NCBI GenBank assembly: GCA_963741205.1
Contig: CAVUHW010000006.1
Location: 1-64,000, forward strand
Length of the DNA stretch: 64,000 nt
Reading direction: 5' to 3'
Source: Nitrospirota bacterium
GTDB lineage: Bacteria > Nitrospirota > UBA9217
Shown here: positions 20,987 to 33,510 of the stretch, one piece after another
Position numbering within the stretch: the stretch's first letter is position 1
Layout: every line of letters starts with the position of its first letter
Position numbers and translations under genes: made by a program
Notes under the pieces: model-generated
What the model saw: only the letters and a program-made list of their open reading frames with translations
Told to the model about the DNA's origin: nothing
The model's database searches: none

Positions 20987-22666
20987 TTATAACGTGAAAT
21001 AAAACGTCGCCCCTTTTTCCGGCGCGGCTTCCGCCCACAGCCGGCCGTTGTGGCGCATGACGATACGCTGCGCGATAGCGAGGCCGATGCCGACGCCGGG
21101 AAACTCGGAATCAGAATGCATGCGCTTGAAGGGCATGAAAAGTATGTCCGCATAGGTCATGTCGAAGCCCGCACCGTCGTCACGGACGAAATAAACTCTT
21201 TTGCCGTCCATCTCGGTGGTTCCGAATTCGATTTTCGCGGTTGTATGTTTACTCGTGAATTTCCAGGAATTTTCGATCAGATTCTGGAGCATGATCCCCA
21301 GCATATCCTCGTCGCCGTTGACACTCAGCTTCTCGGCGATAAGAAACTCCACTTGCCGCTCTGGCTCCTTTTTTTTCAGTTCGCGCGCAATGACCTGAGC
21401 GAGGGAACTGAGGTCCACAGTCTTTTCCCGGAGCTCTCCGCTCGTCAGCCGCGCCATGCTCATCATGGCGTCTATGAGTTGAGTCATCCTCTGACTGGCT
21501 GATGTTACCCGTTTCAGGTAGTCTCTGCCGCCCTCATCCAGCCGGTCGGCATAGTCTTCAAGGAGCGCGCGGGTAAAACCCTCGATGCCCCGGAGCGGCG
21601 CCTTCAGATCGTGCGATACCGTATAGGCAAAGGCCTCCAACTCATGGTTTACTGCTTCGAGTTCAGAGGTGCGGCGCTTCAGTGCGGCGTTTGCCGACCG
21701 CAGCGTGTCTTCAGCATTTTTCCGCTCGGTCAGATCTCGCGTGATGATGGAAAAGCCGAGCGGCCGTCCTTTCCGGTCCCGCAGCGCGGTAATGACGACA
21801 TTAGCCCAGAACGGCGAACCGTCCTTGTGAAGTTGCCAGCCCTCATCTTCGTAACGACCATTGCCCTCAGCGGCTTTCAATTCTTTTGCCGGCTTTCCGA
21901 TCCGGAGGTCTTCGGGGGTGAAAAAGCACGAAAAATGTTTTCCGATGACCACTTCCGAGCTATAACCCGTGATGCGCATCGCCCCTTCGTTCCAGCTAAA
22001 AACGCGACCCTGGGTATCGAGCATGAAAATGGCATAGTCCTGGACCCCGGCCACGAGCATGCGGTACCGTTCTTCACTCGTCCGCAGCGCTTCTTCCGTC
22101 TCTTTGAGCTCCGAGATGTCCGTTACGGATGTCCGGATGAAGCCTGGTTTACCATCGTCATTTTGTACCGCGATGCTTTGCAGAAGCGCGGCGAAGGATG
22201 AACGCTTTATCCCTTCCAGCCTCACTTTGCAGGAATGCCGTGTCGGGTCGAGAAAGACCTCTTTGCAATGCGTCCAGAAAACGCGTTTATCGTTCTCGTC
22301 GGGAAGAAAAAGAGAAAAGGATTTATTGAGCAGCAGTCGCTTGGTTGTTCCCAGGAGGTCCGCGCCCGTTTGATTGACTTCCCTGATCAGGCCCCTGTCA
22401 TCGAGCGTAAAATACCCGATGGGTGCAAAGTCGTACAAGTCGGCATATTTGCCCCGCGACTCATCGAGCTCCGACAAGACCCGGCGCAGCTCCTCGTTCT
22501 GCATCTCCAGCTCTATCTGGTGTGTGCCGAGCTCCGTGACGAGCTTCTTGACATCCTGACGGGAAAGCTCCTCTATCCTTGCGCTCTGATCTTTCAGTGC
22601 CTTTTCCGCCTTATGACGGAGGGTCTTGGGATCGATTTCCTTTTTGGGGTCCGCGGTTTTTTTCAT
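20987..22666 (-). CDS. Cytoplasmic two-PAS sensor histidine kinase
   Basis: ELxTHQIELEMQNEEL coil; two PAS domains; FAYTVSHDLKAPLR H-box; NLIENSWKF, DDGAGFD, GVGIGLA. Confidence 0.92.
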   Translation of the reverse strand: MKKTADPKKEIDPKTLRHKAEKALKDQSARIEELSRQDVKKLVTELGTHQIELEMQNEELRRVLSELDESRGKYADLYDFAPIGYFTLDDRGLIREVNQTGADLLGTTKRLLLNKSFSLFLPDENDKRVFWTHCKEVFLDPTRHSCKVRLEGIKRSSFAALLQSIAVQNDDGKPGFIRTSVTDISELKETEEALRTSEERYRMLVAGVQDYAIFMLDTQGRVFSWNEGAMRITGYSSEVVIGKHFSCFFTPEDLRIGKPAKELKAAEGNGRYEDEGWQLHKDGSPFWANVVITALRDRKGRPLGFSIITRDLTERKNAEDTLRSANAALKRRTSELEAVNHELEAFAYTVSHDLKAPLRGIEGFTRALLEDYADRLDEGGRDYLKRVTSASQRMTQLIDAMMSMARLTSGELREKTVDLSSLAQVIARELKKKEPERQVEFLIAEKLSVNGDEDMLGIMLQNLIENSWKFTSKHTTAKIEFGTTEMDGKRVYFVRDDGAGFDMTYADILFMPFKRMHSDSEFPGVGIGLAIAQRIVMRHNGRLWAEAAPEKGATFYFTL

Positions 22667-23027
22667 ACAATATTATAGTGAGAAACGATAATCAGAAGTT
22701 GGATAGTATCCGTAAAGCGCTTTTTGGTGGAGTGCTTTTCAATTTGCCGCCTTATTATATATCAAAACGGCTTCAGATATAAATAGGCAGAAATACCCAT
22801 ATTGATACCAATGCCCCTGTTTTCGCGGACTGCCAACGATATCGAATGGACATCTTGGGGTAAGAGTCAGCGGATTCAGAATAAACCGTATAATTTCGAT
22901 CAGCTGCATCTATCACTGACGAAAAGATATAATCTTGCTCCGCCAGCGCATCACAAAATTACCTGCAGCATGTCCAGCTTCGATACAGACACATCCTATC
23001 TTATCCCTGTTAGTTGCATTTCTCCGA

Positions 23028-23068
23028 ATAGGACAAACACCTATAAATAAAATCAGACGAACGCCGAT
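23028..23068. promoter_or_regulatory. Tandem palindromic sites upstream of the lactate operon (possible response-regulator boxes)
   Basis: ATAGG-N7-CCTAT (23028-23044) and ATCAG-N7-CCGAT (23052-23068) just upstream of TTGCTT. Confidence 0.4.
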
Positions 23069-23216
23069 TTTTTCTTGCTTCGAATTCCTTTACAGTATAG
23101 CCACGTTAAATTATTATACCTCGCTTTCAGCGGTCAGCGGTCTGCATTCGAGCCAAACAATTCCCTCGTGCCGGGAATTACGTGATCAAATACATTAAAA
23201 CAGGAGGAAAACAAAA

Positions 23217-25029
23217 ATGCCTTGGACACAAGTAACAGACCCGCTCGGGAATCTCGCGCTGTCGGCCCTTATGGCCGCGGTGCCCATTATCTATCTCTTC
23301 TGGGCCCTCGCGTATAAGCGGATGAAGGGCCATTGGGCCGCCATCAGCGCCGTTGTGATAGCCCTGGTCATCGCCATCGCGGGGTACGGAATGCCGGCCA
23401 AATATGCGGTGCTTTCGACGCTGTATGGCTGCTTGTTCGGTTTGTGGCCGGTTTGCTGGATCATCATAACCGCTCTCTTTATTTACAACCTTTCGGTTAA
23501 AACCGGTCAGTTTGAGGTCATCAAGAATTCACTCGCCGCGATATCGGACGATCGCCGCATGCAGGCCCTTTTGATCGCCTTTTCTTTCGGCGCGTTCATT
23601 GAAGGCGCCGCGGGTTTCGGCACCCCCGTGGCCATTACCGCCGCGATGCTGGCGGGGCTCGGATTCAACCCGCTCTATGCGGCGGGCGTGTGCCTCATCG
23701 CCAACACCGCGCCCGTTGCCTTCGGCGCCATCGGAATACCCATCATCGTCGGCGCGCAGACCTCCGGGGTGAACGAACTGGCGCTCTCCCAGATGGTAGG
23801 CCGCACCCTGCCGTTCCTGAGCGTTCTGATCCCGCTCTATATCACGATTCTCATGGCCGGATGGAAGAAAGGCCTCGAAGTGTGGCCGGCATGTCTGGTG
23901 AGCGGCGGGTCCTTCGCCCTTGTCCAGTTCTTAACTGCCAACTATCTCGGTCCGATGCTTCCCGATATCCTGGCGGCCCTCGCATCCATTATTTGTCTGA
24001 CCGCTTTCCTCCGTTTCTGGCACCCGAAGGAGAGCTGGACCTTCGATCATGAAGCAGCCGCTACGGGCAAGGAGAAGCTGAGATATTCCGGCGGACAGAT
24101 ATTCAGGGCATGGGCCCCGTTCATCATTCTGTCGGTCTTTGTCGCCGCCTGGGGTATAAAGCCCATCAAGGCCGCCCTCGACTATCTGCTCCTCGTTAAG
24201 TACCCCATCCCCGAACTCCACAATATGGTGATTAGGGGAGATAAACCGATGGCCGCGGTTTACGCGTTCAACGTCCTGAGCGCGGCAGGCAGCGCCATCC
24301 TCTTCGCGGGGCTCTTCTCGATCCCGGTGATGGGCGCGTCTCTTTCGACCGCACTCGAGGTCGCGCGGGACACCCTGAAGAAGCTTCGTTGGCCTATCTT
24401 CACGATCTCGTCAATCCTCGGCTTTGCGTATATCATGAATTTCTCGGGAATGGCCGTAACTCTCGGCAACGCCTTTGCATTGACCGGTCCGCTCTTCCCG
24501 TTCTTCGCCGCGTTCCTCGGATGGCTCGGCGTATTCATGACGGGCTCGGACACGTCCTCGAACGCCCTCTTCGGGAAACTCCAGGCGATCACGGCCGATA
24601 AGATCGGCATCGATCCCGTCATCACCGTGGGCGCCAATTCCTCGGGCGGCGTGTGCGGCAAGATGATCTCTCCCCAGTCCCTGTCCGTGGCGACCGCGGC
24701 CGTGGGGCTCGTGGGGCATGAATCGGACATCTTCCGCTTCACGCTCAAGCACTCCATCCTCCTGACTGCCGTCATCGGCGTCATGGCGTATCTCCAGGCC
24801 TATGTGATCAACTGGATAGTGCCGGTCTATCAGAAGGCGGTGGCCGCGGCTCCGGTTGCCGCTGCGGCTGCGGCGGCATTACCGAAACCGGTGACGCCGC
24901 CGGCAGCACTGGCATTGCCCCTGGAGGGACTGTACCTATCTGGCAATAACCGCCGCGGTAGTCATCGCTATCGTGGTCATGGCAAGAGTCTCCGGCAAGG
25001 AGAGAGTGAGAAGCATAAAAACATTGTGA
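23217..25029 (+). CDS. lutP: L-lactate permease (LctP/LutP) with Ala/Pro linker and extra C-terminal TM helix; frameshift near 24935
   Basis: DDRRMQALLIAFSFGAFIEGAAGFGTP, ANTAPVAFGAIG, GVFMTGSDTSSNALFG, GKMISPQS. Confidence 0.93.
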
Positions 25030-25037
25030 CTACTCAG

Positions 25038-25128
25038 GTCGTCATTCCCGCGAAGAGAGGTGAATCCCTCTGGCTTTTATCTAAATTCAAAATGGATTCT
25101 AAGATAGGGAATCGTTCGCGCGAATGAC
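25038..25128. repeat. REP-like GTCATTCCCGCG...GAATGAC doublet (degenerate)
   Basis: GTCATTCCCGCGAA ... TTCGCGCGAATGAC. Confidence 0.65.
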
Positions 25129-25280
25129 AGCTCGAGTTTTAGGGGTCTTTTCAAGCATGTCATAGACCAAGCAATTACGAATGGTTATAATCGCAAACGG
25201 AGCAACAGGTCCTCCACCCCAAGTATTGTAATTTATGGAAATGCCGCCGCCGAAAGGATCGAAGAAAAGGATGACCAGAG

Positions 25281-25837
25281 ATGTTCGACACATTTAAAGC
25301 AAAGCCGAAGCAACGGGCAACACCGAGGTCCGGCGGTTTGCGACGAAAGCCGAGGCGCTCAATTTTATCGAGGGGTACCTCAGGAAAGAAGACATCAAGG
25401 ACGCGGCCGGTTCCTATGCGGTTTGGGCGGACGGTCCGGTCCTTAAAGGGATAGACACAAAAGCCCTCGCAGCCAGGGTTCCCGGCCTTACGTTCGAGGT
25501 CACCCGCGAGGTGGCAAAAAAATCAAAGATCGGCATCACCCAGATGGAGTGGGGGATTGCCGATACCGGCACGCTGGCGCAAAACGCCACCGCCGCGGAG
25601 CAGCGGCTGGCATCCGCGCTGCCCTGGACCCATATCATGCTGCTCGCCACCGGCAATATCGTGGCCGACCTGCCGGCGTTCATGACAAAAATGCATCCGC
25701 GCTCGAGCAACTATCTCACGCTGATCACCGGGCCGAGCAAGACCGCCGACATCGAACGCGTGCTCGCCATCGGCGTCCATGGACCCGAGCGTATTGTCAT
25801 CCTCTGCGTCGATGAGTTGGGAGGGATGAACGCATGA
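25281..25837 (+). CDS. lutC: Lactate utilisation protein C (LUD domain); frameshift near 25300
   Basis: MFDTFKA|KAEATG...GIADTGTL...EQRLASALP...LITGPSKTADIERVLAIGVHGP. Confidence 0.88.
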
Positions 25838-27960
25838 AAAAGGAGTTCGCGGAATCCATACAAAAGGCCCTTCAGAACCACAACCTCGCCGGCATCCTCG
25901 ACAGGTGGAATTACCCGGCCACTCGCGCCGCGGCGTACGCAGGCGTCGATTTCGAGGCCCTGCGGGATCGGATAGCAGCGATAAAGGGCGATGCCGCCGG
26001 ACGCCTTGACGAGCTTGCCGGGAAGTTCAAGAAGGCTGCCGAAGCCCGGGGCACCAAGGTCTTCCGGGCAAACAGCCCGGAGGCGGCCAGGGACTACATC
26101 ACGAATCTCTGCAAGGAAAAGGGCGTCAAGTATATCGTCAAATCCAAATCCATGGCCACGGAAGAGATCCATCTGAACGAGCATCTTGCCGCGAACGGTA
26201 TTCAGGCGCATGAGACAGACCTCGGCGAATGGATCATTCAGCTTGCCCATCAGAGGCCTTCGCATATGGTCATGCCGGCCCTTCACCTGACCAAGGAGGA
26301 GGTCGCGGACCTCTTCAGCAAAGAGACAAAGGAGCATCAGCCCAGCGACATCCAGCGCCTGGTCAAGGTGGCCCGCAAGGAGCTTCGCGAGAAATACTTT
26401 GAGGCCGATATGGGCATTTCCGGCGCAAACATCGCCATCGCCGAGACCGGCACGGTCGTTATTTGCACCAATGAAGGCAATGCCCGACTCGTAGGCACGC
26501 TTCCAAAGACCCATGTGATCCTTGTCGGCCTTGAGAAGCTCATTGAGAACTACGCCGACGCCGCCCCGATACTGACCGCTTTGCCCAAGAGCGCGACCAG
26601 CCAGCTCATGACCAGCTACGTATCGATGATAAGCGGCCCGGCGCAGAATACGGACGGCTCGATGAAAGATCTCCATATTGTCCTCATGGACAATAAACGG
26701 ACCGCCATGGCAAAGGACCCCAAGTTCAAGGAGGCCCTCCAGTGCATCCGCTGCGGTTCCTGCCTGAACGTCTGCCCGGTCTATCGCCTGGTAACCGGCC
26801 ATGTATTCGGCCATATTTACAGCGGCGGCATCGGCACGATCCTGACCGCCTGGTTCGACGAGCTCAAGAAGTCGGAAGATATTCAGGGCCTCTGCATCCA
26901 GTGCGGGAGGTGCAAAACCATGTGCCCGGCTAAGATTGACATCCCCGAGCTCATCGTGGAACTCCGGCGCCGGCTCGTGAAAGAGCAGGGACTGCCCGTT
27001 GTCCAGAGGGCCATCTACTCGGTGGTGAACAACCGCAGACTCTTCCACGCCATGCTTCGAACCGCCGCGACCGCGCAAAAGCCCTTTGTCAAGGAAGGCT
27101 TCATCAGGCACCTGCCGATGTTTCTGTCCGATCTGACCAAGGACCGCAGTCTTCCGTCAATCGCCGATGTCCCCTTCAGGGACAGCGTCAGGCAGATCAG
27201 GCAGCCCAGGAGCGTTGAGAAGGCGTCCTTTTACGCAGGATGCCTCATCGATTTCTCCTATCCTCATATCGGAGAAGCGGTTATCAAGGTCCTGAACAAG
27301 GCCGGCGTCGAGGTATCGTTCCCCGATGAGCAGACCTGTTGCGGCGCGCCCGCGCGTTACAGCGGAGCTTTTGACGTCGCGGCCAACAACGCGATCGACA
27401 ATATCAAGGCGTTGCTCGATGCCGACGTGAAATACGTGGTCTCCGCGTGCCCGACCTGCACGGTCGCCTTGAAGCACGAGTTCACCCATACGCTCGAAAG
27501 CGAGGGCAGGACCGAGTGGCTGCCCAAGGCAAAGGAGCTCGCGGCAAAAACCACAGATTTTTCCACCTTCGTCACGAAGCTTGTTAAAGAGGGAAGGCTC
27601 TCCCTGCAAGAGGCAAAGGGCCTCGGGAAGGTGACGTACCACGACTCCTGCCATCTCAAAAGGACCCTTAATGCCTCCGAGGAGCCGCGAGCACTTCTGA
27701 CGAAATCCGGCTTCGAGCTGGCCGAGATGCTGGAATCCGACACCTGCTGCGGCATGGGCGGGACCTATACCCTTAAGCAGCCGGAGATATCTGGAGTTAT
27801 TCTGAAGCGCAAGCTCGAGAATATCAGAAATACCGCGGCCTTCACCGTCGCGATGGACTGTCCCGGCTGCATCATGCAGATAAAGGGCGGTCTTGACAAA
27901 GAAGGAAGCTCGGCCAAGGTAAAACATACAGCGGAGCTGCTGGCCGAACGCCTCGTATAG
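25834..27960 (+). CDS. Fused LutB-LutA L-lactate dehydrogenase large subunit (LUD + 4Fe-4S + two CCG domains)
   Basis: KSKSMATEEI, ETDLGEWI, TNEGN, CIRCGSCLNVCP, CIQCGRCKTMCP, QTCCG, TYHDSCH, DTCCG; ATGA overlap with lutC. Confidence 0.92.
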   Translation: MKKEFAESIQKALQNHNLAGILDRWNYPATRAAAYAGVDFEALRDRIAAIKGDAAGRLDELAGKFKKAAEARGTKVFRANSPEAARDYITNLCKEKGVKYIVKSKSMATEEIHLNEHLAANGIQAHETDLGEWIIQLAHQRPSHMVMPALHLTKEEVADLFSKETKEHQPSDIQRLVKVARKELREKYFEADMGISGANIAIAETGTVVICTNEGNARLVGTLPKTHVILVGLEKLIENYADAAPILTALPKSATSQLMTSYVSMISGPAQNTDGSMKDLHIVLMDNKRTAMAKDPKFKEALQCIRCGSCLNVCPVYRLVTGHVFGHIYSGGIGTILTAWFDELKKSEDIQGLCIQCGRCKTMCPAKIDIPELIVELRRRLVKEQGLPVVQRAIYSVVNNRRLFHAMLRTAATAQKPFVKEGFIRHLPMFLSDLTKDRSLPSIADVPFRDSVRQIRQPRSVEKASFYAGCLIDFSYPHIGEAVIKVLNKAGVEVSFPDEQTCCGAPARYSGAFDVAANNAIDNIKALLDADVKYVVSACPTCTVALKHEFTHTLESEGRTEWLPKAKELAAKTTDFSTFVTKLVKEGRLSLQEAKGLGKVTYHDSCHLKRTLNASEEPRALLTKSGFELAEMLESDTCCGMGGTYTLKQPEISGVILKRKLENIRNTAAFTVAMDCPGCIMQIKGGLDKEGSSAKVKHTAELLAERLV

Positions 27961-28005
27961 CTTGATCAGTAGATGAAAATTCCCGTAATCCTACAGGGAA
28001 TCTTT

Positions 28006-28091
28006 TGTCATTCCCGCGAAAGCGGGAATCTATTTTGATGTTTTCGTCGAGAAAGCCACTTGTTGCCTGACCTTCCCTCGCAGGTATGACA
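28006..28091. repeat. REP-like GTCATTCCCGCGAAAGCGGGAATC element
   Basis: TGTCATTCCCGCGAAAGCGGGAATC ... CCTCGCAGGTATGACA. Confidence 0.7.
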
Positions 28092-28236
28092 GAGGGGATG
28101 GATGCGTTTTTGAAGTAGGATTCCATTATTATGAAAAGATTCGCTGTAGTAGTAAGAGGGCTTCAAAAAAACTTCTGACCGGAAACTCGCGGTTTAAAAA
28201 GCCGAGGACCGGTTAGGCCGGATACGGGAGGGAGCG

Positions 28237-31153
28237 ATGCGTGTGAACGAGAAAAAAAACGATTACCGGGCGCTGCCCTCGGGTTACCGGAGCTTCTACG
28301 ATGCGGCCGCCGCGTTCATCCCGAAATCCCGGCTTTTGATTGATCCCTTTAAGACCCTCGCGTTCGGCGCCGATGCCAGCTTCTACCGGCTGATCCCGAA
28401 AATTGTCATCAAGACCGAGAGCAGGGATGAGGTATCGAATATCCTGCGGACCGCGGGCCGGCTCAAGATTCCGGTGACCTTCAGGGCGGCGGGCACGAGC
28501 CTCTCCGGACAGGCGGTCACCGACTCCATCCTGCTCCTGCTCACCGGGGCCTGGAAAAAATATGTCAATCCATGACAACGGGGAGCGGATAACCCTGGAG
28601 CCGGGCGTCGTCGGGGCCGAGGCGAACGGGTACCTGGCGCCCTTCGGGAGAAAGATCGGGCCGGACCCGGCCTCCATCAACAGTTGCATGATCGGCGGCA
28701 TCGCCGCGAACAACGCCAGCGGTATGTGCTGCGGCACGGCGCAGAACAGCTACAAAACCGTGGAGAGCATGAAGATCATCTTTGCCGACGGCGCGCTGCT
28801 TGATACGGCAGATCATGCGTCCCGGCTTTCTTTTGTTGAATCCGGATCCGGCAAAGCGTTGATCCAAGAGATCGAGAATATCCGGGACGAGATCAACGGA
28901 GATCCCGCGCTGCGGTCGCGGATCGCCCACAAATACCTCATCAAGAATACGACCGGCTACAGCATCAACGCCTTCATCGACTATTCCGATCCCCTCGATA
29001 TCATCCTCCATCTCCTGATCGGGTCCGAGGGCACCCTGGGGTTCACCGCCGAGATCACCTACATGACCGTTGTCGAACACGCTCATAAGGCAAGCGCCCT
29101 CATCATCTTCCCCGACATAGCGAGCGCCTGCAAGGCGACGATCATACTGAAGAAGCAGCCGGTCGCGGCCGTAGAGCTGATGGACAGGTCGTCCCTGCGG
29201 TCGGTCGAAAACAAGCCGGGACTTCCCCCCTTTCTCAAGTCCCTCGCTCAGGAAGCGGCGGCCCTCCTGGTGGAAACGAGGGCAGGAGATGCCGCAACTC
29301 TTCGAGAGCAGATGGAGACGGTGAAGAAATCGCTCGCGTCCATACCCACGGTATTCCCCGTCTCTTTCACCGACAAGAAACAGGAATACGAGAACCTCTG
29401 GGACGTGAGGCGGGGGCTGTTCCCGGCGGTCGGCGCCGCACGGAAGATCGGGACGACGGTCATCATCGAAGACGTGGCCTTCCCCATCGAAACGCTGGCT
29501 GACGCGACCCTCGAGCTTGAAAGCCTGATGAGACGGCACGGCTATGCCGAGGGGATCATCTTCGGCCATGCCCTCGACGGGAACCTTCACTTTGTATTTA
29601 CGCAGGATTTCGGCCTGCCCCAGGAGGTGCGAGCGGTACCAGCGATTTATGGACGACGTGACGGTCATGGTCGTGAAAAAATACGACGGGTCGCTCAAGG
29701 GGGAGCACGGCACAGGCAGGAACATGGCGCCCTTCGTGGAACTGGAATGGGGAGAGAAGGCTTACGGCCTCATGAGGAGGATCAAGAATGCTTTCGATCC
29801 GAACGGCATACTGAACCCCGGGGTCATGATAAGCGGGAACCCGAGGATCCACCTCGAAAACCTGAAGCCGCTGCCGAAGACGCACGATATCGTGGACAAA
29901 TGCATCGAGTGCGGCTTCTGCGAAGTGAAGTGCCCGTCAAAAAATATTACCACGACCCCCCGGCAGCGCATCGTCATTCAGCGGGAAATTTCACGGCTGA
30001 AGGCAACGGGGGAGAATACAACGAGGCTCGCGCGTCTCGAAGATGAATATGGTTATCAGGGGGAGCAAACCTGCGCCGTGGACGGCCTCTGCTCCACCGC
30101 GTGCCCGGTCTCGATCAACACGGGAGAGCTCACCAAGCACCTGCGCTCGTTGAAGATGACCGCCAGGGGCATCCGTACCGCCCAATGGATAACGGGCCAC
30201 TATCCGGCTCGTCCTCGCCGGCGATGGGAGCCGGACTGAAAGCGGCAAGTGCGGCGCATGTAATCCTCGGCACATCGCTCATGAGCGGCCTCGCGAAGGG
30301 GCTCAGGGCGCTTTCGTTTAATACGGTCCCCCTCTGGTCTCCCTCGATGCCGAGGGGGATCTCTTCACCGAAGTTTAGCAATATCATGAAAGGCTCGGAC
30401 CATAAGGTAGTCTATTTCCCGAGTTGTATCGTCAGAACCATGGGGCCCGCAAGAGGCGATGAAGACCAGAGGCCGGTCTTCGAGGCGATGCTTTCGGTGC
30501 TGCACAAGGCAAATTATGACGTGCTCTTTCCGAAAGACATGGAGAGGCTCTGCTGCGGTCTCACCTTCGAGAGCAAAGGTCTCTTCTCGCAGGCTGATAA
30601 GATGGCGAAGGAGCTCGAGGAGGCTGTCCTCGAGTGCAGCAACAACGGCGAATATCCCATCCTCTGTGATACGAGCCCCTGTCTTTTCCGGATGAGGGCA
30701 TCCTTCAAGTCCAAATTAAAACTTTACGAACCCGTGGAGTTCATCCACGCTTTCCTCATGGACCGTCTCGATTTCAGGAGGACCCCGGAGACGGTGGCAG
30801 TGCACGTGACCTGCAGTTCGACCAAGATGGGGCTCGCGGAAAAATTCAGGACCGTGGCGCAGGCCTGCGCCGAAAAGGTCGTGATGCCGCCGAAAGTGGG
30901 ATGCTGCGGTTTTGCGGGAGACCGGGGTTTCACCTATCCTGAACTGAACGCCTCGGCCCTCGCGGACTTGAAGCAATCGCTTCCGGCAGATTGCAGATCG
31001 GGGTATTCGAACAGCCGCACGTGCGAGATCGGGTTGTCGCACCACAGCGGCATCCCCTATCAGTCCATCGTCCATCTCGTGGACAAGTGCACATCGGAGA
31101 AATTACCGCAGTCCCCGGGTCTTCCCCTTCCGGACAAACGACCGGTCATTTGA
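28237..31153 (+). CDS. FAD- and Fe-S-containing D-lactate dehydrogenase (Dld-II type); about 3 frameshifts
   Basis: TFRAAGTSLSGQA, GGIAANNASGMCCG, IGSEGTL, FGHALDGNLHF, SLKGEHGTGRNMAP, CIECGFCE, CAVDGLC, CCGFAGDRG. Confidence 0.9.
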
Positions 31154-31313
31154 GTTCACGGCAGACAGGCCCTGAAAACCCCTGCAATTGGCCTTGCTTT
31201 TCTCTCCGGTTTGGATTATCGTTTCATAGCGCTCACGGATATTTCAAAAAAGTCCTTGCCTCGCATATGAACGCGCTCATCAAAACTACAGGCCATCCAC
31301 AGGGTCCGGAAAG

Positions 31314-33510
31314 ATGCAAAGAATAGTAAAAACAGGCTTCCTTCTTGTCGCCGCGATGCTCATCGCTGCCATGGCCCTGCACCCCGTTTCCGCCTGGGCA
31401 TCTTCCAAGAAACATGTCCTTATCCTGAATTCGTACCATAAAGGCCTGAGCTGGACGGATAATGTCGTGACGGGGATCGAGTCGGTCCTGAAAACCGACA
31501 GCGAGGGCAGGAATGTCGAGCTCCATTACGAGTATATGGACACCAAGCGGTATTACGGGGAGGCCTATTTCCGGAAACTCGCCGAAACCTTCGCTGAAAA
31601 GTACCGCACGGAACGCTTTGACCTCGTGATCGTCAGCGACAACGACGCTTTCGACTTTGCCCGCGCCTACGGCCGGAAGCTTTTTCCCGCGGCCCCCGTT
31701 GTCTTTTGCGGCGTGAACAATTACAAGGACTCCATGCTTGCCGGCAGGGACAATTTTACCGGGGTGGCGGAAGATACGGACATCAGGAGCACGATCGCCG
31801 TCGCGCTGAAGCTGCACCCGAAGGCGAAACAGGTTGTCGTGCTGGGCGACAAGACCACAACGGGCCTGGCCATGAAGCAGAACATGCTCGAAGTCATTCC
31901 CGAATTCCAGGACCGCGTACCGTTCGTCTTTTTCGAGGATTTCGACTTCCCCGAACTGCAAGCGAAGGTGCGCGCGCTGCCTTCCGACAGCATCATCCTC
32001 CTGTCAGTGGTGAACAGGGACCGGAAGGGAAACTTCTTTGCCTACGAAGAGGGCCTGGACTTCATCTACCCGGCGGCGAAGGCCCCCATCTACAGCTTCT
32101 GGGACTTCTATCTGGGAAGGGGGATCGTGGGCGGCATGCTCACGAGCGGCGTGCAGCAGGGCAAGACCGCCGGCCATATGGCCCTCCGCATCCTGAGGGG
32201 AGAGAGCGTTTCAGCGATACCCGTCATCAAAAAGAGCCCGAACCTCTACATGTTCGATGAGCGGGAACTGAAGCGCTTCGGCATCGATCCGGCGAGCGTT
32301 CCGGCGGAGAGCATCGTAATCAACAAGCCCGACACGTTCTATTACCGGCACCGGAACCTGATTCTCGTCGGCTCGGGCATCATCCTTACCCTGAGTCTCA
32401 TCATCGTCATCCTGCTCGTCAATATCTCCCTCCGGAAACGGTATGAAACGGCGCTCAGGGAATCGGAAGAGAAGTACCGCGACCTTTACGATCATGCGCC
32501 GGACATGTATCATTCCATCAACCGGGACGGTATCATCATCGATTGCAACGACACCGAGGCGATGATGCTGGGCTACGCGAAGGAAGAGATCATCGGCAGG
32601 CCCATCGCCGATTTCCTGACCGAAGAGTCCCGCAAGACCTATGACCGGGAATTTTCCACCCTCACCGAGCACCGGACCTTGTACGGCCTTGATCGGGAGT
32701 TCGTCAGGAAGGATGGCACGACCTTCACGGCAAGCCTGAACGTGTTCATCGAAGTAGACGAGGCCGGGGAGTTGGTCAGGACAAAGACGATCGCGCGCGA
32801 CATCACCGAGCGCAAGCGGGTGGAGACGGAACTGCTCCGCTCCCGCGAGGAGCTCCGGAGCCTCTCGGCCCATATCCAGTCCGCGCGCGAAGAGGAGCGC
32901 GGCAGCATTGCCCGGGAGATCCACGACGAACTTGGCCAGATCCTCTCGAAGCTGAAGCTGGACCTGGCGTGGTTCAAAAAGAGGCTGACGCCGGATCAGA
33001 AGCCGCTGCTCGAAAAGACGGACAGGATGTCGGACCTCGTGGACAGCACGATCAAAACCGTTCAGAGGATTTCCTCGGAATTGAGGCCCGGCGTGCTGGA
33101 TTATCTCGGGCTTGCCGAGGCCATCGACTGGCAGGTAAAGGAGTTCCGGGAGCGGACCGGCATGGCATGCACGGCCGCGATCTCTCCCGAACTCGCGGTC
33201 GAGGACAAGGACGTTTCCACGACGGTCTTCAGAATCTTACAGGAGACGCTGACGAACATCATCCGCCATGCAAAGGCGAGCAGGGTCGATGTGGACCTGA
33301 AAAACGGGGATAACACCCTGACGCTCGAGATCCGCGACAATGGCAGCGGGCATCGCGCGCGAGAACATTTCCGATCCCGCCTCGTTCGGGATCATGAGCA
33401 TGCGTGAACGCGCGCGCCATCTCGGAGGCTCGGTCATCATTACCGGTGAACCGGGCAAGGGGACCACGGTCCTGGTAAGGATACCGCTGGACGGCAGGGG
33501 GAAGACATGA
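31314..33510 (+). CDS. Sensor histidine kinase (periplasmic ABC-substrate-binding-like domain, PAS, HisKA_3); frameshift near 33350
   Basis: VLILNSYHKG...PVVFCGVN periplasmic domain; TM helix; PAS; EERGSIAREIHDELGQ, LRPGVLD, QETLTN, DNG. Confidence 0.92.
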
